Shown: positions 1 to 9,559 of the stretch, in pieces
Position numbering within the stretch: the stretch's first letter is position 1
How the letters are laid out: each line of letters opens with the position of its first letter
Assembly: GCA_963739795.1 (NCBI GenBank)
Contig: CAVUBL010000011.1
Span: forward strand, 137,215 to 201,214
Direction of reading: 5' to 3'
DNA from: an uncultured Acidobacteriota bacterium
GTDB lineage: Bacteria > Acidobacteriota > Thermoanaerobaculia > Multivoradales > DATKCC01
Length of the DNA: 64,000 nucleotides
The notes under the pieces: model-generated
Database searches by the model: none
Told to the model about the DNA's origin: nothing
Seen by the model: only the letters and a program-made list of their open reading frames with translations
Made by a program: the position numbers and the translations under genes

Positions 1-5
1 CGGTC

Positions 6-1007
6 CTACTTGCTCGCGCCCCCCGGCACGACCCCCGGCACCTCCGCCAGCGTCTTCTCCCGACTGTCGAAGCTGCCCAGCACCTCCTCCTGGCTCACGC
101 CCTCCGGCACCAGGATGTCCACCAGCGGCGGCTCGAACGCGGGCCGGTCCCGGCCCCCGAACGCGTTCGCCGAGCGCCCCGGGAGCACCGGCAGGATCAT
201 GAGCGTGTCCGGATCGCTTGGGGCGAGGCCCGCGCCCGCCGCGAGACCGAAGCTCTGGCTCAGATTCGCCCCCGACACCGCCACTACGTAACTCCAGTCC
301 GCCCGGGCCGGCCCACCCAGGAAACTGTCGGGCACGAAGAACGAGATCCGCTGCCCCTGCACCCGCACCAGCGTGGGGAAGAACACCCGCTGCTCCACGT
401 CCATGGGAATCCGGTGGCGCATCTCCACGGCCTGGGCCAGCTCGAGATCCGGATCGTCCCGGTCCATCTCCTCCTCGAGCGACTTCATCAGCAGCCGCTT
501 GAGCTCGCCCCGCGCCTCGTGGGGCCGGGGCGTCAGCACGATCGCCCGGTCCCAGGCCGAGTCCGGGGCGATCCGGACCTTCCGGCCCGGCAACGCCATC
601 ACCCCGCCCGAGCCCGGCACCCGGTCCGTGTCGATGTAGACGTCGATGTTCAAGGTGTAGAAGCCGTAGCGGGCGATCGACGAAAGGCTCGTCCCCAGGT
701 CGTCGATGGCCTCGCGGCCGGGTGCCCGCACCGGCCGGGCGAACGTCGCCTCGAACCAGGTGCCGCCGTCGCCCCGGCGGGCGGAGAAGGCCAGCAGGTC
801 CAGGTCGCCGCGCGAGAAATCGCTCGACAGCGGGTAGACCAAGCTCCCGTCGCCGTGGTCGTCGCCGCGCGGGTCGGAGAGCTTGAAGAGAGTGTCTCCC
901 CCGGCCCACGAGGCGGCGGGCAGGGCGAGAGCCAAGAGGAGCGCCAAGAGCGTCGAGCGCGCGGCGCCCCGGCGGAGTGGACGGTGCCCTACGGTGGGAT
1001 CGGTCAT
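6..1007 (-). CDS. secreted glucodextranase-C-like (Glucodextran_C / DOMON-like) domain protein
   Basis: 333-aa ORF with N-terminal signal peptide (LLALLLALALPAASWA); motif LSDPRGDDHGDGSLVYP; clear paralog of ORF 3313-4134 (same DPxGDDxGxGxYxYP start and YIDTD core); sits in the mal locus. Confidence 0.5.
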   Translation of the reverse strand: MTDPTVGHRPLRRGAARSTLLALLLALALPAASWAGGDTLFKLSDPRGDDHGDGSLVYPLSSDFSRGDLDLLAFSARRGDGGTWFEATFARPVRAPGREAIDDLGTSLSSIARYGFYTLNIDVYIDTDRVPGSGGVMALPGRKVRIAPDSAWDRAIVLTPRPHEARGELKRLLMKSLEEEMDRDDPDLELAQAVEMRHRIPMDVEQRVFFPTLVRVQGQRISFFVPDSFLGGPARADWSYVVAVSGANLSQSFGLAAGAGLAPSDPDTLMILPVLPGRSANAFGGRDRPAFEPPLVDILVPEGVSQEEVLGSFDSREKTLAEVPGVVPGGASK

Positions 1008-1072
1008 GTCGTTCTCCAGGGGAGGCGGGGACGCGCCGGAGCCGGCGCGCCCCCGCGACCGTCAATATGGAA

Positions 1073-3277
1073 TCAGAAGCGCACCTTCATGAACGCCTTC
1101 AGGCGCTGCTGGTCGAAGTCCCGCTTCTCGAGGCTGTTCCAACCTCCGTAGCGGCCCGAGAACCCGAGGGAGCCTACGGGCACGTTGTGGTCGTGGGCGA
1201 TGGCCTCGTCGGCCACCTGCGGCACGAAGCCGCCGCCGAACTCGGGATCGAAGGTGCCGGTGTCGTACTCGTAGTCCAGGCCGAACTCGGCGCCGCCCAG
1301 GATGTAGCTGGCCATCACGATGATCTTGTCCTTGCGGTGCTGGCCGGAGGCCATCTCGTGGAGCTGGTAGGCCTGGAAGGCGGTGTTGCCGTCCTTCAGG
1401 TCCACGTCGTAATGCTCCACCGCCAGCGACGCGTGGAGCTGGTCGCTGAGCTGGTAGCCCACGGACCCCCGGTACAGCCAGTACTTGAGGTCCCGGTCGT
1501 CGTCCGAGAGCGAGTCGAAGGGCTTCCACTGGTAGCCGGTCACGCCGTCGACGGTGATCACCGGCGGGTTGCCGTAGATCTCGGACGAGGAGTGGCCGGC
1601 GGAGTACTCGTTGACGTTGCTCGAGCACGCGATCCCGCCGCCCGGGCAGTCGCCCGCCTGGTAGGGAAGGAACCGCGGATCGTTCATGCGCTTGTCGGTC
1701 TCGTCGATGTACTTGACCTTGAAGGACAGCTCCACGCCCTTGCCCACGTCCAGCAGGTAGTCGCCCTTGAAGACGGCGATCTGGGTCTCCTTGTCCTGGA
1801 ACGGGGCGTAGGCCGACCGGAAGTTGTGGCCCACGCCGGTGTCGAGCTCGTGGGTCGGGTAGATGGTGTCCTGGAGGCCGCGCGACGGGTCGCCGTAGGC
1901 CTGCCAGTTGGTGTTGTAGTCGACGTAGGTGTACTCGGCGGAGAGGTTCAGGGAGCCCACCGAGAAGGTCGGCACCACCGTGAACCCCTTCCAGCCGATC
2001 ACCGTCTCGGCCATCGGCTCGTCGAAGTCCGTGAACTCGTTGTCCACGTTGATCGTGGCCACCTGCTGGGCGTTGCCTTGCCAGCCGCCGTAGCCGATCC
2101 GGGTCGGGTTGCCCGCGAACACTCCGAACGCCGCGTTGGCCGGCCCGGGGAACCCCCAGGCCCCGTCGTGGCCCTCGGTCAGCAGCACGTCGGACTCGCG
2201 CCGCGCGGCCATCATCGACACGTACTGGGCGCCGATGTCGAAGTACTCGAGGTTGAACGACAGGGTGCCGCCGAACGGGCTGAACAGGTCGACGTCGACC
2301 TTCCAGGCCTGGTCGTCGAGCTTGCCCGCCGGCACCGGCGAGAAGCCCGACAGCCCGAAGGAGCCCGGAGCGCCCAGCGCCGGGTCGGAGTCGGCCGACG
2401 AGAAGTAGACCGCTCCGCGCGCGTCGATCTTCGGGTTGGGATGGAAGCCCAGGCGTACGCCGGTGACGTCGTTCCGGAACCGGGTCACGAGGCTGCGCCC
2501 GTTGTCGAGGTTGAAGTCGGTCGAGTCGACTTCGATGTCGTTGACGTACTCGTAGACGCCGGCGATGTCGAACGTCGAGGTCGGCCTGTAGGTGAGCTGC
2601 AGGCCGTAGGCCGCATCCTGGCCGGTGTACTCACCGGTCTGGAAGTTCGGGCCGGCCCACAGGCGGGGCAGGGAGATCCGGACCCAGTCGTAGGTCAGCT
2701 TTCGGTCGGCGAAGGCGCCCTGGAAGAGCAGGCCGGAGCCGTTGTCCCGGTCGATGTAGCGGATCTTGCCGATGGAGAACGGGTCGAACATGCCCCAGTC
2801 GTTCGAGCCGATGGTCACCGCGTCGAGGTAGCGGAAGCCGGGGGTCAGGCGCACGGTCAGCCCGCGGAACTTCACGTACTGGGCCGAGCGCGGGTCGAAC
2901 TCCCCGCAGTCGCCGCCGATGCAGTCCCCGGCCGGCGGGTTCTCGAGCGCCGGGTTGCGCCCGCCGAACCCTCCGAAGTTGGTCCAGAAGTTCTGGTTGA
3001 AACGGGCCTTGAGCCGGCCGCTGACCTCGATCCACTTCGAAGGTCTCGAGGCCACCAGGATCTCGAACTCGGTGCCCTGGCCGTTGTCGCCGTACCCCTC
3101 GCCGGGGACGGTGGTGAAGTTGTAGAGGCTCCCGTCGTAGCGTTGGTTGCCCCAGAGCCACTTGGTGTAGTTGACGCCCGTGAGGGAGAGCTTCTGCTCT
3201 CCGCCCTGGGCGAACGCCGGAGCGGCGAGCCCCGCGATCAGGGCTGCCGCCAGCAGGGTGCAGACGGTGCGGTTCAT
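1073..3277 (-). CDS. large outer-membrane beta-barrel protein (candidate maltodextrin porin, not LamB-like)
   Basis: start moved to internal Met (MNRTVCTLLAAALIAGLAAPAFA signal peptide, GGAGGAGGG RBS upstream); 734 aa, rich in G/Y/N/T beta-strand composition; C-terminal KVRF (terminal Phe typical of OM beta-barrels); embedded in mal operon. Confidence 0.55.
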   Translation of the reverse strand: MNRTVCTLLAAALIAGLAAPAFAQGGEQKLSLTGVNYTKWLWGNQRYDGSLYNFTTVPGEGYGDNGQGTEFEILVASRPSKWIEVSGRLKARFNQNFWTNFGGFGGRNPALENPPAGDCIGGDCGEFDPRSAQYVKFRGLTVRLTPGFRYLDAVTIGSNDWGMFDPFSIGKIRYIDRDNGSGLLFQGAFADRKLTYDWVRISLPRLWAGPNFQTGEYTGQDAAYGLQLTYRPTSTFDIAGVYEYVNDIEVDSTDFNLDNGRSLVTRFRNDVTGVRLGFHPNPKIDARGAVYFSSADSDPALGAPGSFGLSGFSPVPAGKLDDQAWKVDVDLFSPFGGTLSFNLEYFDIGAQYVSMMAARRESDVLLTEGHDGAWGFPGPANAAFGVFAGNPTRIGYGGWQGNAQQVATINVDNEFTDFDEPMAETVIGWKGFTVVPTFSVGSLNLSAEYTYVDYNTNWQAYGDPSRGLQDTIYPTHELDTGVGHNFRSAYAPFQDKETQIAVFKGDYLLDVGKGVELSFKVKYIDETDKRMNDPRFLPYQAGDCPGGGIACSSNVNEYSAGHSSSEIYGNPPVITVDGVTGYQWKPFDSLSDDDRDLKYWLYRGSVGYQLSDQLHASLAVEHYDVDLKDGNTAFQAYQLHEMASGQHRKDKIIVMASYILGGAEFGLDYEYDTGTFDPEFGGGFVPQVADEAIAHDHNVPVGSLGFSGRYGGWNSLEKRDFDQQRLKAFMKVRF

Positions 3278-3312
3278 GGTTCCCTCCTCCTGCGCCGGGC
3301 CCCGGAGCGGGC

Positions 3313-4134
3313 CTACGGCTTGCGGACCATGGTGAGGACGGCGAGCTTCTTGGACGTGCCGTCCGGGTTGCACTCGTAGGCCAACATCTGGTGCTGCGCC
3401 TCCACCTCCGACGCCGCGCCGCTGCCGTCGCCGGCCAGCAGGTCCATCACGTGGGGGTCACAGTCGCCGTCGTTGCCGCCGCCGAAGCGGTGCTGGCCCT
3501 CGTATTCGTTGACCTTGCGGGTGAGCAGGTCGGTCGAGGCCGGGAAGCCCTCGTTCGACTGCATGAGCACCTGGTAGCCCCACGTGGAGGGGTCCCCGCC
3601 GCCCAGGTCCGCGAGGCTCACGGTGGCCGAGATGGTGCGGCCGGCGCCGTGCGTGCGGTTGGGCACCACGACCGCCGACTGCATGTCCGCGGCGACCTTC
3701 TGGCTCACCTCGTCGCGCACCCGCGACGACGGCTGGGGCGAGAGGATGACCACCCGGTCCCAGGCGTCGGCGGGCGCGAAGTCCACGTTCAGGCCGGGCA
3801 GGCCGTGGGTGAATCCGCTGCCCTCCTTGTGGTCCGTGTCGATGAAGATGAAGACCATCTGGACCGCGAAGCCGACGCCCATGCGCCACGGGTCCTGGAG
3901 GTTCGAGTTGACGGAGACGTCGAAGGTCACCTTGTCGCCTTTCGGGCGCACGGTGAACTGCGTCAGGTCGAACGAGCCCCTCAGGTAGGCGGAGTCGGTG
4001 GGATAGGTGTAGGTGCCGGGCCCGTTGTCGTCGCCGACCGGGTCCTTGAACACCACCTCCTGGGCCGCGACGGCGCCCGCGAGGAGCACCCCGGCGAGCA
4101 CCGCCGCCACCGCGATCAAGAGCTTCTCTCTCAT
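3313..4134 (-). CDS. secreted glucodextranase-C-like domain protein (paralog of 6-1007)
   Basis: signal peptide MREKLLIAVAAVLAGVLLAGAVAAQE; KDPVGDDNGPGTYTYP motif; FIFIDTD core shared with ORF 6-1007. Confidence 0.5.
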   Translation of the reverse strand: MREKLLIAVAAVLAGVLLAGAVAAQEVVFKDPVGDDNGPGTYTYPTDSAYLRGSFDLTQFTVRPKGDKVTFDVSVNSNLQDPWRMGVGFAVQMVFIFIDTDHKEGSGFTHGLPGLNVDFAPADAWDRVVILSPQPSSRVRDEVSQKVAADMQSAVVVPNRTHGAGRTISATVSLADLGGGDPSTWGYQVLMQSNEGFPASTDLLTRKVNEYEGQHRFGGGNDGDCDPHVMDLLAGDGSGAASEVEAQHQMLAYECNPDGTSKKLAVLTMVRKP

Positions 4135-4158
4135 GGCGAGACCTCCTCGAAGTCGATC

Positions 4159-5043
4159 TCAGCCCTTCACCGCCCCTGCGGTGAGGCCGGAGATCAGGTA
4201 TTTCTGCAGGAAGTAGAAGAGGGCCACCACCGGGATCGACACGATGATCGACCCGGCCGCAAAGTAGCCCCACTGCTGCGAATAGCCCCCGACGAAGAAG
4301 CGCAGGCCCACCGGCGCGGTGTACATGACCTCCTGGTCCATGAAGGTCGCGGCCAGGATGAACTCGTTCCAGCCGGTCATGAACGAGAACAGGGCCGTCA
4401 CGGCCACCGCCGGCCGCGCCAGGGGCAAGACGATGCGCAGGAACACCTGGGCCGCGCTCGCCCCGTCGATGAGGGCGGATTCCTCGAGCTCTTTGGGGAT
4501 GGTGTCGAAGTACCCCTTGAGCATCCAGACGCAGAACGGGATGGAGATCGTGGCGTAGACCAGGACCAGGCCGATCCAGGTCGAGCCGAGCCCCAGCCAC
4601 TGGACCAGGATGATGTAGAGGGGCACCAGCATCAGCGTGCCCGGGAACATCTGGGAGACCAGGAAGGCCATGAGGCCGCTGCGGCGCCCGGGGAAGCGGA
4701 AGCGCGAGAAGGCGTAGCCGGCGGTCGACGCCAGGAAGACGCCCAGGAGGGTCGTCGCCCCGGCGACCACCGCGCTGTTGAGCAGCCACCGCCCGAAGGG
4801 CTGATCGGCCCAGACCGAACGGAAGTTCTCGAAGGAGAAGGCCTTCGGCCACGGCAGGACGGCCCGCAGACGATCGAGGGCGGTGGGGTCGACCGGCAGG
4901 TCCACATAGGCGAGGCTCTGCTGGCCCGAGAGGGCGATCGACACCACCCACAGGATCGGGTAGAGGGTCAGGATGACGAAGAAGATCACGATCAGGTGGA
5001 GCGGCAGATGAGCGAAGGCGCCGCGGTGCCGGGAAGCGGTCAT
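4159..5043 (-). CDS. malG: carbohydrate ABC transporter permease, MalG-type
   Basis: 6 predicted TM helices; EAA-loop motif ESALIDGASAAQVFLRIVLPLARP; 4-bp overlap with upstream malF-like gene. Confidence 0.85.
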   Translation of the reverse strand: MTASRHRGAFAHLPLHLIVIFFVILTLYPILWVVSIALSGQQSLAYVDLPVDPTALDRLRAVLPWPKAFSFENFRSVWADQPFGRWLLNSAVVAGATTLLGVFLASTAGYAFSRFRFPGRRSGLMAFLVSQMFPGTLMLVPLYIILVQWLGLGSTWIGLVLVYATISIPFCVWMLKGYFDTIPKELEESALIDGASAAQVFLRIVLPLARPAVAVTALFSFMTGWNEFILAATFMDQEVMYTAPVGLRFFVGGYSQQWGYFAAGSIIVSIPVVALFYFLQKYLISGLTAGAVKG

Positions 5044-7106
5044 AGGCTCTCCGTGGCCCGGGTCACCCAGTTTTGCCAGGCGCCGTAGGCGAAGAGGATG
5101 AGGAAGATGACCGTCGAGTAGGCCGCGGCGTAGCCGTAGCGGTACTGCTCGAAGGCGATCTTGTAAGCCTGGGTGATGAGGATCTCGGTGGAGCCCGCCG
5201 GCTGGCCGCCCGAGACCAGGTAGATGATGTTGAACATGTTGAACGTCCAGATGACCGACAGGATCACCGCCGGCACCAGGGCGGGCTTGAGGGAGGGCAA
5301 GGTGATGGAGCGGAACTGCTGGCGCGCCGTGGCGCCGTCGACCCGGGCCGCCTCATAGAGGTCGGCGGGGATCGACTGCAGAGCCCCCAGGGAGATGACC
5401 ATCATGAACGGGAAAGAGAGCCAGCCGTTGGTGGCCAGCACCGTCACGAAGGCCGTCGCCGGAGTGTCGAACCAGGAGACGGCGTGCCCTCCCAGGAGCT
5501 GGAGAATCTGGTTGATCACCCCGAGCTGGGAGTGGAACATCCCGCGCCAGATGAGGGCGGTGATGTAGTTGGGCATCGCCCAGGGCAGGATCAGGATGAC
5601 CCGGTAGAAAGGCTTCAGGGCGAAGCCCTTGCGGTGGAGGATCAGGGCGAGGAGAAGGCCCACGCTCACCCCGATCGACACGTTCGCGATCGTCCAGACG
5701 ACGGTGAAGGCCAGGGTCCAGTAGAAGCTCGAGTAGTTGATCGCCCGGCCCTCGGGGGTTTCCTCGATCACGTCGGTGTCGCCCAGGATCTCGCGGAAGT
5801 TCTCGAGGCCGGTCCAGGTCTCGGTGATCGGCTGGTCGGAGTTGTAGATGTTGGCGTTGGTGAACGACAGGGCGATGCCGTAGAGGAACGGGAAGTAGAC
5901 CAACACCACCATGGCCACCAGGGCCGGGAGGACGTAGAAGTAGGCCCGCCGGTGGCGCGAGAGGACCCGGCCGGTACGGGCGCCGACGCCCAGGCCGAAG
6001 TAGAGGAACAGGGCCACAGCCACGATGCCGCTGCCCACGGCCAGCCGGGTGAGGCGGCGGGCGAGGACGGCGCGCTCGGGCCCGGCGCCGGCGGTCCGCG
6101 GGCGCCGGAAGGCGTCGACGTCCCAGCGCGCCGGATCGAGCCCGGTGTTGGCGGCGCCCCGACTCGGGGTCAGGCTCGCCAGGAGCGGCTCCGAGCTCTC
6201 GGCCTCGGCGGCGAGGCGGGAGGCGAGCTCCCGGTCGGCCGCCTGCGCGCCCGCGGTGAGGGCACCCACCGACCAGGTTCCGAAGGCGGCCGCCGACGCC
6301 ACCAGGAGCACCCCGGCCACGAGGGTCAGACCGGCCGGATGCGGCCGAAGTTTCCCCAGGCCGACGGCGACCAGGGCGAACAGGGCCAGGGGGGCGAGGA
6401 GCGCGAAGAGGGCCGCGCGGTAGGGGGGGCCGGAGGCGGCGGGCGGACGGGGGGGCGGGGCTCCGGCCTCCCGGGTGGTTGTCGCAGCCTCTGGAACGGT
6501 CTCCACCACCACCGCCCCCACCACCTGGCCGTTCTCTCCGGTCGACTCGATGGGCGCCGCGGCCTCGAGGTGTCCCTGCTGGCGCCGCACCTGGATCTCG
6601 GGCTTCCAGGCCCGACCCTCGCGCCGGTTGGTCTCCACCGCCGCCCGCAGCTCCTGGCCCAGGTCGTAGAGGGGCTTCTCGTCGCGGGCCAGGCGCCGGG
6701 GTGCGGCCGTCTCGCCGACGTCGCCGGGAGCCGTGGAGGCCACCAACCGCTTGGCGCCGAGGTCGATCACCCGGATCGCCACCGCCGCCGGGTGGAGCTC
6801 GGCGAAGTGCTCCACCAGCCGTCCCGCCGGCTCGGCCTCGAGGCCGGCCCGGCCGGTGAGCTCGGCGAGCTCGGCAGCCAGGATCACGGCGTCGCGCACC
6901 TCCCGCTGGCGCTCCTGGGCGGCGCGCGCCCGGGCGAGGCCCCAGGTGCCGGCGCCCACGGCGACGAGGAGGCCGAGGGCGAGGCCGACGGCCAATCGCC
7001 GAGGAGTGATCCTCGGCAGATCCCCCCCGCTACCCCGCCCGGGGCGGTGGGTCGGGTCGCTTGGTGGTTTGGCCCGCATCGTGAGCGCTCCTCTCTTGCG
7101 GCTCAC
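5040..7106 (-). CDS. malF: carbohydrate ABC transporter permease, MalF-type with ~370-aa N-terminal extension
   Basis: C-terminal 320 aa is a canonical UgpA/MalF permease core (EAA loop LYEAARVDGATARQQFRSITLPSLKP); N-terminal part has extra TM helices and a hydrophilic domain; single uninterrupted ORF. Confidence 0.75.
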   Translation of the reverse strand: MSRKRGALTMRAKPPSDPTHRPGRGSGGDLPRITPRRLAVGLALGLLVAVGAGTWGLARARAAQERQREVRDAVILAAELAELTGRAGLEAEPAGRLVEHFAELHPAAVAIRVIDLGAKRLVASTAPGDVGETAAPRRLARDEKPLYDLGQELRAAVETNRREGRAWKPEIQVRRQQGHLEAAAPIESTGENGQVVGAVVVETVPEAATTTREAGAPPPRPPAASGPPYRAALFALLAPLALFALVAVGLGKLRPHPAGLTLVAGVLLVASAAAFGTWSVGALTAGAQAADRELASRLAAEAESSEPLLASLTPSRGAANTGLDPARWDVDAFRRPRTAGAGPERAVLARRLTRLAVGSGIVAVALFLYFGLGVGARTGRVLSRHRRAYFYVLPALVAMVVLVYFPFLYGIALSFTNANIYNSDQPITETWTGLENFREILGDTDVIEETPEGRAINYSSFYWTLAFTVVWTIANVSIGVSVGLLLALILHRKGFALKPFYRVILILPWAMPNYITALIWRGMFHSQLGVINQILQLLGGHAVSWFDTPATAFVTVLATNGWLSFPFMMVISLGALQSIPADLYEAARVDGATARQQFRSITLPSLKPALVPAVILSVIWTFNMFNIIYLVSGGQPAGSTEILITQAYKIAFEQYRYGYAAAYSTVIFLILFAYGAWQNWVTRATESL

Positions 7107-8407
7107 CGCTGGCGCAGCTTGGCGATCCGCTCCCGGACCTCCTTCTGCGCCGTGGCCATGGCCTCCTGGGGCGTGCCCCGCTTGTGGATGATCACGTTCA
7201 TCGCCGTCGTCGCCGGCGACCAGACCATGGTCATCTCGGGCACGTTGGGCATGGGGATGCCCACCTCGACCTGCTTGCGGAAGAGGGTGAGCTCGGGATC
7301 GGCGGCCACCTTCGGGTCGGCGTAGACGGCGGCGTTGGCCGGGGTCTGGCGACCCTCGAGGGCGAGGACCTTGGCCGCCGGCAGGTCGGTCAGGTAGGTG
7401 AGCAGCTCGTAGGCCGCCTCCTTGTGCTTCGACGGCGCGGCCACGTAGACCCCCTCGACCGTGATCCAGGGGCGCATGGGGGTGCCGCCCGCCTCATCCA
7501 CCTTGGGCAGGAGGGCCAGGCCGTAGTCGATCTCCGGAGCGATCTCCCCCAGGAACCAGGGGCCGGAGAAGACGATCCCCGCCTTGCCGCCGTTGAACAG
7601 GGCCGTGATCAGGGCGGTCGAGGGCTCGGCGGGGAGGATCTTGTCGGTCTCGAGCCACTTCATGACCAGCTCGAGGGACTTGACGTTGGCCGGCGAGTCC
7701 AGGACGGGCTCGCCGTCGGGCCCGAAGACCCCGCCGCCGAAGGCGTTCATCAGCGGTGCCTGGTAGTAGAAGTCCGAGTACCAGTAGACGAGGCCGAAGC
7801 GGCCGGTGGAGGAGTCGGTGAGCTTCTTCGCCACCTTCACCAGCTCGCCGGTGGTCTTCGGCGGCTGGGGGACCAGCTTCTTGTTGTAGATCTGGGCGAT
7901 GACCTTGTAGTTGAGGGGCAGGCCGTAGACCGTGCCCTGGTAGGTCATGGCCTGGAGGGTCGAGGGCAGGAAACGCTTGGCGACCGCGTCGTCGAGGTAG
8001 AAGTCGATGGGCTCGATCGTGTTGCCTGCCTCGATCCAGCCGCCCAGGCGGTCCTGGGCATAGATGAAGACGTCCGGCCCCTTGCCCCGGGGCACGGCGG
8101 CGGTGATCTTGTCGGCCATGGCGTCGTAGGGCACCGCCAGGCTCGAGACGGTGATCTTGCCGGCGTGGTCGCGGTTGAACTGCTCGACGACCTTCTCGAA
8201 GGCCGTGCGCTCGGCGCCCCGGTAGGCGTGCCAGACGACGATCGGGGCTGCCGGGCCCGCCTGAGCGTCCGGCGCCGGCTCGGCCGCGGCCGGTCGGGGG
8301 CTGCCGGTGAGGCCCGGGGCGAGGTCGGGGCCGAGGAGCAGCGCCAGGCTCGCCGCCAGCACCAGGGCCGGCAGGACTGTGAAGAGGCTCGAACCGAACG
8401 GTTTCAT
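7103..8407 (-). CDS. malE: maltose/maltodextrin ABC transporter substrate-binding protein
   Basis: family-1 solute-binding protein with signal peptide (MKPFGSSLFTVLPALVLAASLALLLG); start placed at internal Met with GGGAG RBS; the ORF could extend to 8467. Confidence 0.8.
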   Translation of the reverse strand: MKPFGSSLFTVLPALVLAASLALLLGPDLAPGLTGSPRPAAAEPAPDAQAGPAAPIVVWHAYRGAERTAFEKVVEQFNRDHAGKITVSSLAVPYDAMADKITAAVPRGKGPDVFIYAQDRLGGWIEAGNTIEPIDFYLDDAVAKRFLPSTLQAMTYQGTVYGLPLNYKVIAQIYNKKLVPQPPKTTGELVKVAKKLTDSSTGRFGLVYWYSDFYYQAPLMNAFGGGVFGPDGEPVLDSPANVKSLELVMKWLETDKILPAEPSTALITALFNGGKAGIVFSGPWFLGEIAPEIDYGLALLPKVDEAGGTPMRPWITVEGVYVAAPSKHKEAAYELLTYLTDLPAAKVLALEGRQTPANAAVYADPKVAADPELTLFRKQVEVGIPMPNVPEMTMVWSPATTAMNVIIHKRGTPQEAMATAQKEVRERIAKLRQR

Positions 8408-8466
8408 TGCTTGGCTCCCGGGTTTGGTTCGCCGCCTGAGCGGATCAGGGACGGATCCATGTCGCA

Positions 8467-9555
8467 TCAGTTGATTCGCATCTCGGTCTGGGCGTCGAAG
8501 AGGTGGACCGAGCCCAGGTCGACGTGGAGCGGCACGTCGGTCCCGGGCTCGGCGGTGAAGTGGGGGTCCAGGCTCGCCGCCACCAGCTCCCGGCCTACGC
8601 GGCCGTGGACGGTGGCCTGGTGGCCCAGGGTCTCGACGATCTCGACGGTCAGGGTGAGGGGCGCCGTCTCGCCCCGGGCCTCGTCCTCCTTCAGGTGGAG
8701 GTTCTCGGGACGGATGCCCACCACCAGGTGGTCGTTGCCCGGGGTCAGGAGCGACCGGCAGGCCGCGGGCACCGGAAGCTCGAAGCCGTCGCCGGCGAGG
8801 CGCTCCCGGTCGGTGGTGAGGGTGGCGGCCAGCAGGTTCATGGGCGGCGTGCCGATGAACCCGGCCACGAAGACGTTGGCGGGCCGCTCGTAGACCTCGA
8901 GGGGCGCTCCCACCTGCTGGAGCCGGCCGCGCTCGAGGACGGCGATCCGGTCGCCCATGGTCATGGCCTCCACCTGGTCGTGGGTCACGTAGACCACGGT
9001 GGTGCCCAGGCGCTTGTGGAGCTTGGTGAGCTCGGCGCGCATCTGGACCCGGAGCTTCGCGTCCAGGTTCGAGAGCGGCTCGTCGAACAGGAACAGCGAC
9101 GGCTGGCGCACGATCGCCCGCCCCACCGCCACCCGTTGGCGCTGCCCGCCGGAGAGCTCCTTGGGGCGCCGGTCCAGGAGGGCGTCGATCTCGAGGATCT
9201 CGGCCGCGTCCTGCACCCGGGCCTCCATCTCCGCGCGCGGCGTGTGGCGGATCTTCAGGCCGAACTCCAGGTTCTGGCGCACGGTCATGTGGGGGTAGAG
9301 GGCGTAGCTCTGGAACACCATGGCGATTTCCCGTTCCTTGGGTGGCAGGTCGTTGACCTCCCGGCCGCCGATCTCGATGGTTCCGTCGGTGACCTCCTCG
9401 AGCCCGGCGATCATGCGGAGGACCGTGGACTTGCCGCAGCCCGACGGGCCGACGAGCACCATGAACTCCCCGTCCCGAATCTCGAGGTCGATCGTGTCGA
9501 CGGCCAGCACGTCTCCGAAGCTCTTGGTCACCCCGGACAGCACCACCTCAGCCAT
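8467..9555 (-). CDS. malK: sugar ABC transporter ATP-binding protein (MalK/MsmX/UgpC family)
   Basis: Walker A GPSGCGKST, ABC signature LSGGQRQRVAVGRAI, Walker B LFLFDEPLSNLD, C-terminal TOBE-like regulatory domain. Confidence 0.9.
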   Translation of the reverse strand: MAEVVLSGVTKSFGDVLAVDTIDLEIRDGEFMVLVGPSGCGKSTVLRMIAGLEEVTDGTIEIGGREVNDLPPKEREIAMVFQSYALYPHMTVRQNLEFGLKIRHTPRAEMEARVQDAAEILEIDALLDRRPKELSGGQRQRVAVGRAIVRQPSLFLFDEPLSNLDAKLRVQMRAELTKLHKRLGTTVVYVTHDQVEAMTMGDRIAVLERGRLQQVGAPLEVYERPANVFVAGFIGTPPMNLLAATLTTDRERLAGDGFELPVPAACRSLLTPGNDHLVVGIRPENLHLKEDEARGETAPLTLTVEIVETLGHQATVHGRVGRELVAASLDPHFTAEPGTDVPLHVDLGSVHLFDAQTEMRIN

Positions 9556-9559
9556 GGCC

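Noticed and set aside
977-3379. Very long antisense ORFs (977-3379, 3391-5088, 5073-7325, 7184-8893, 9320-11365, 16518-20066, 21731-24511, 34211-36130, 35881-37866 and others)
   Set aside because: They lie opposite clearly recognisable genes. Their translations are Arg/Gly/Ala/Pro/Glu/Asp low-complexity strings typical of shadow frames in ~70% GC DNA. None has motifs or signal peptides.
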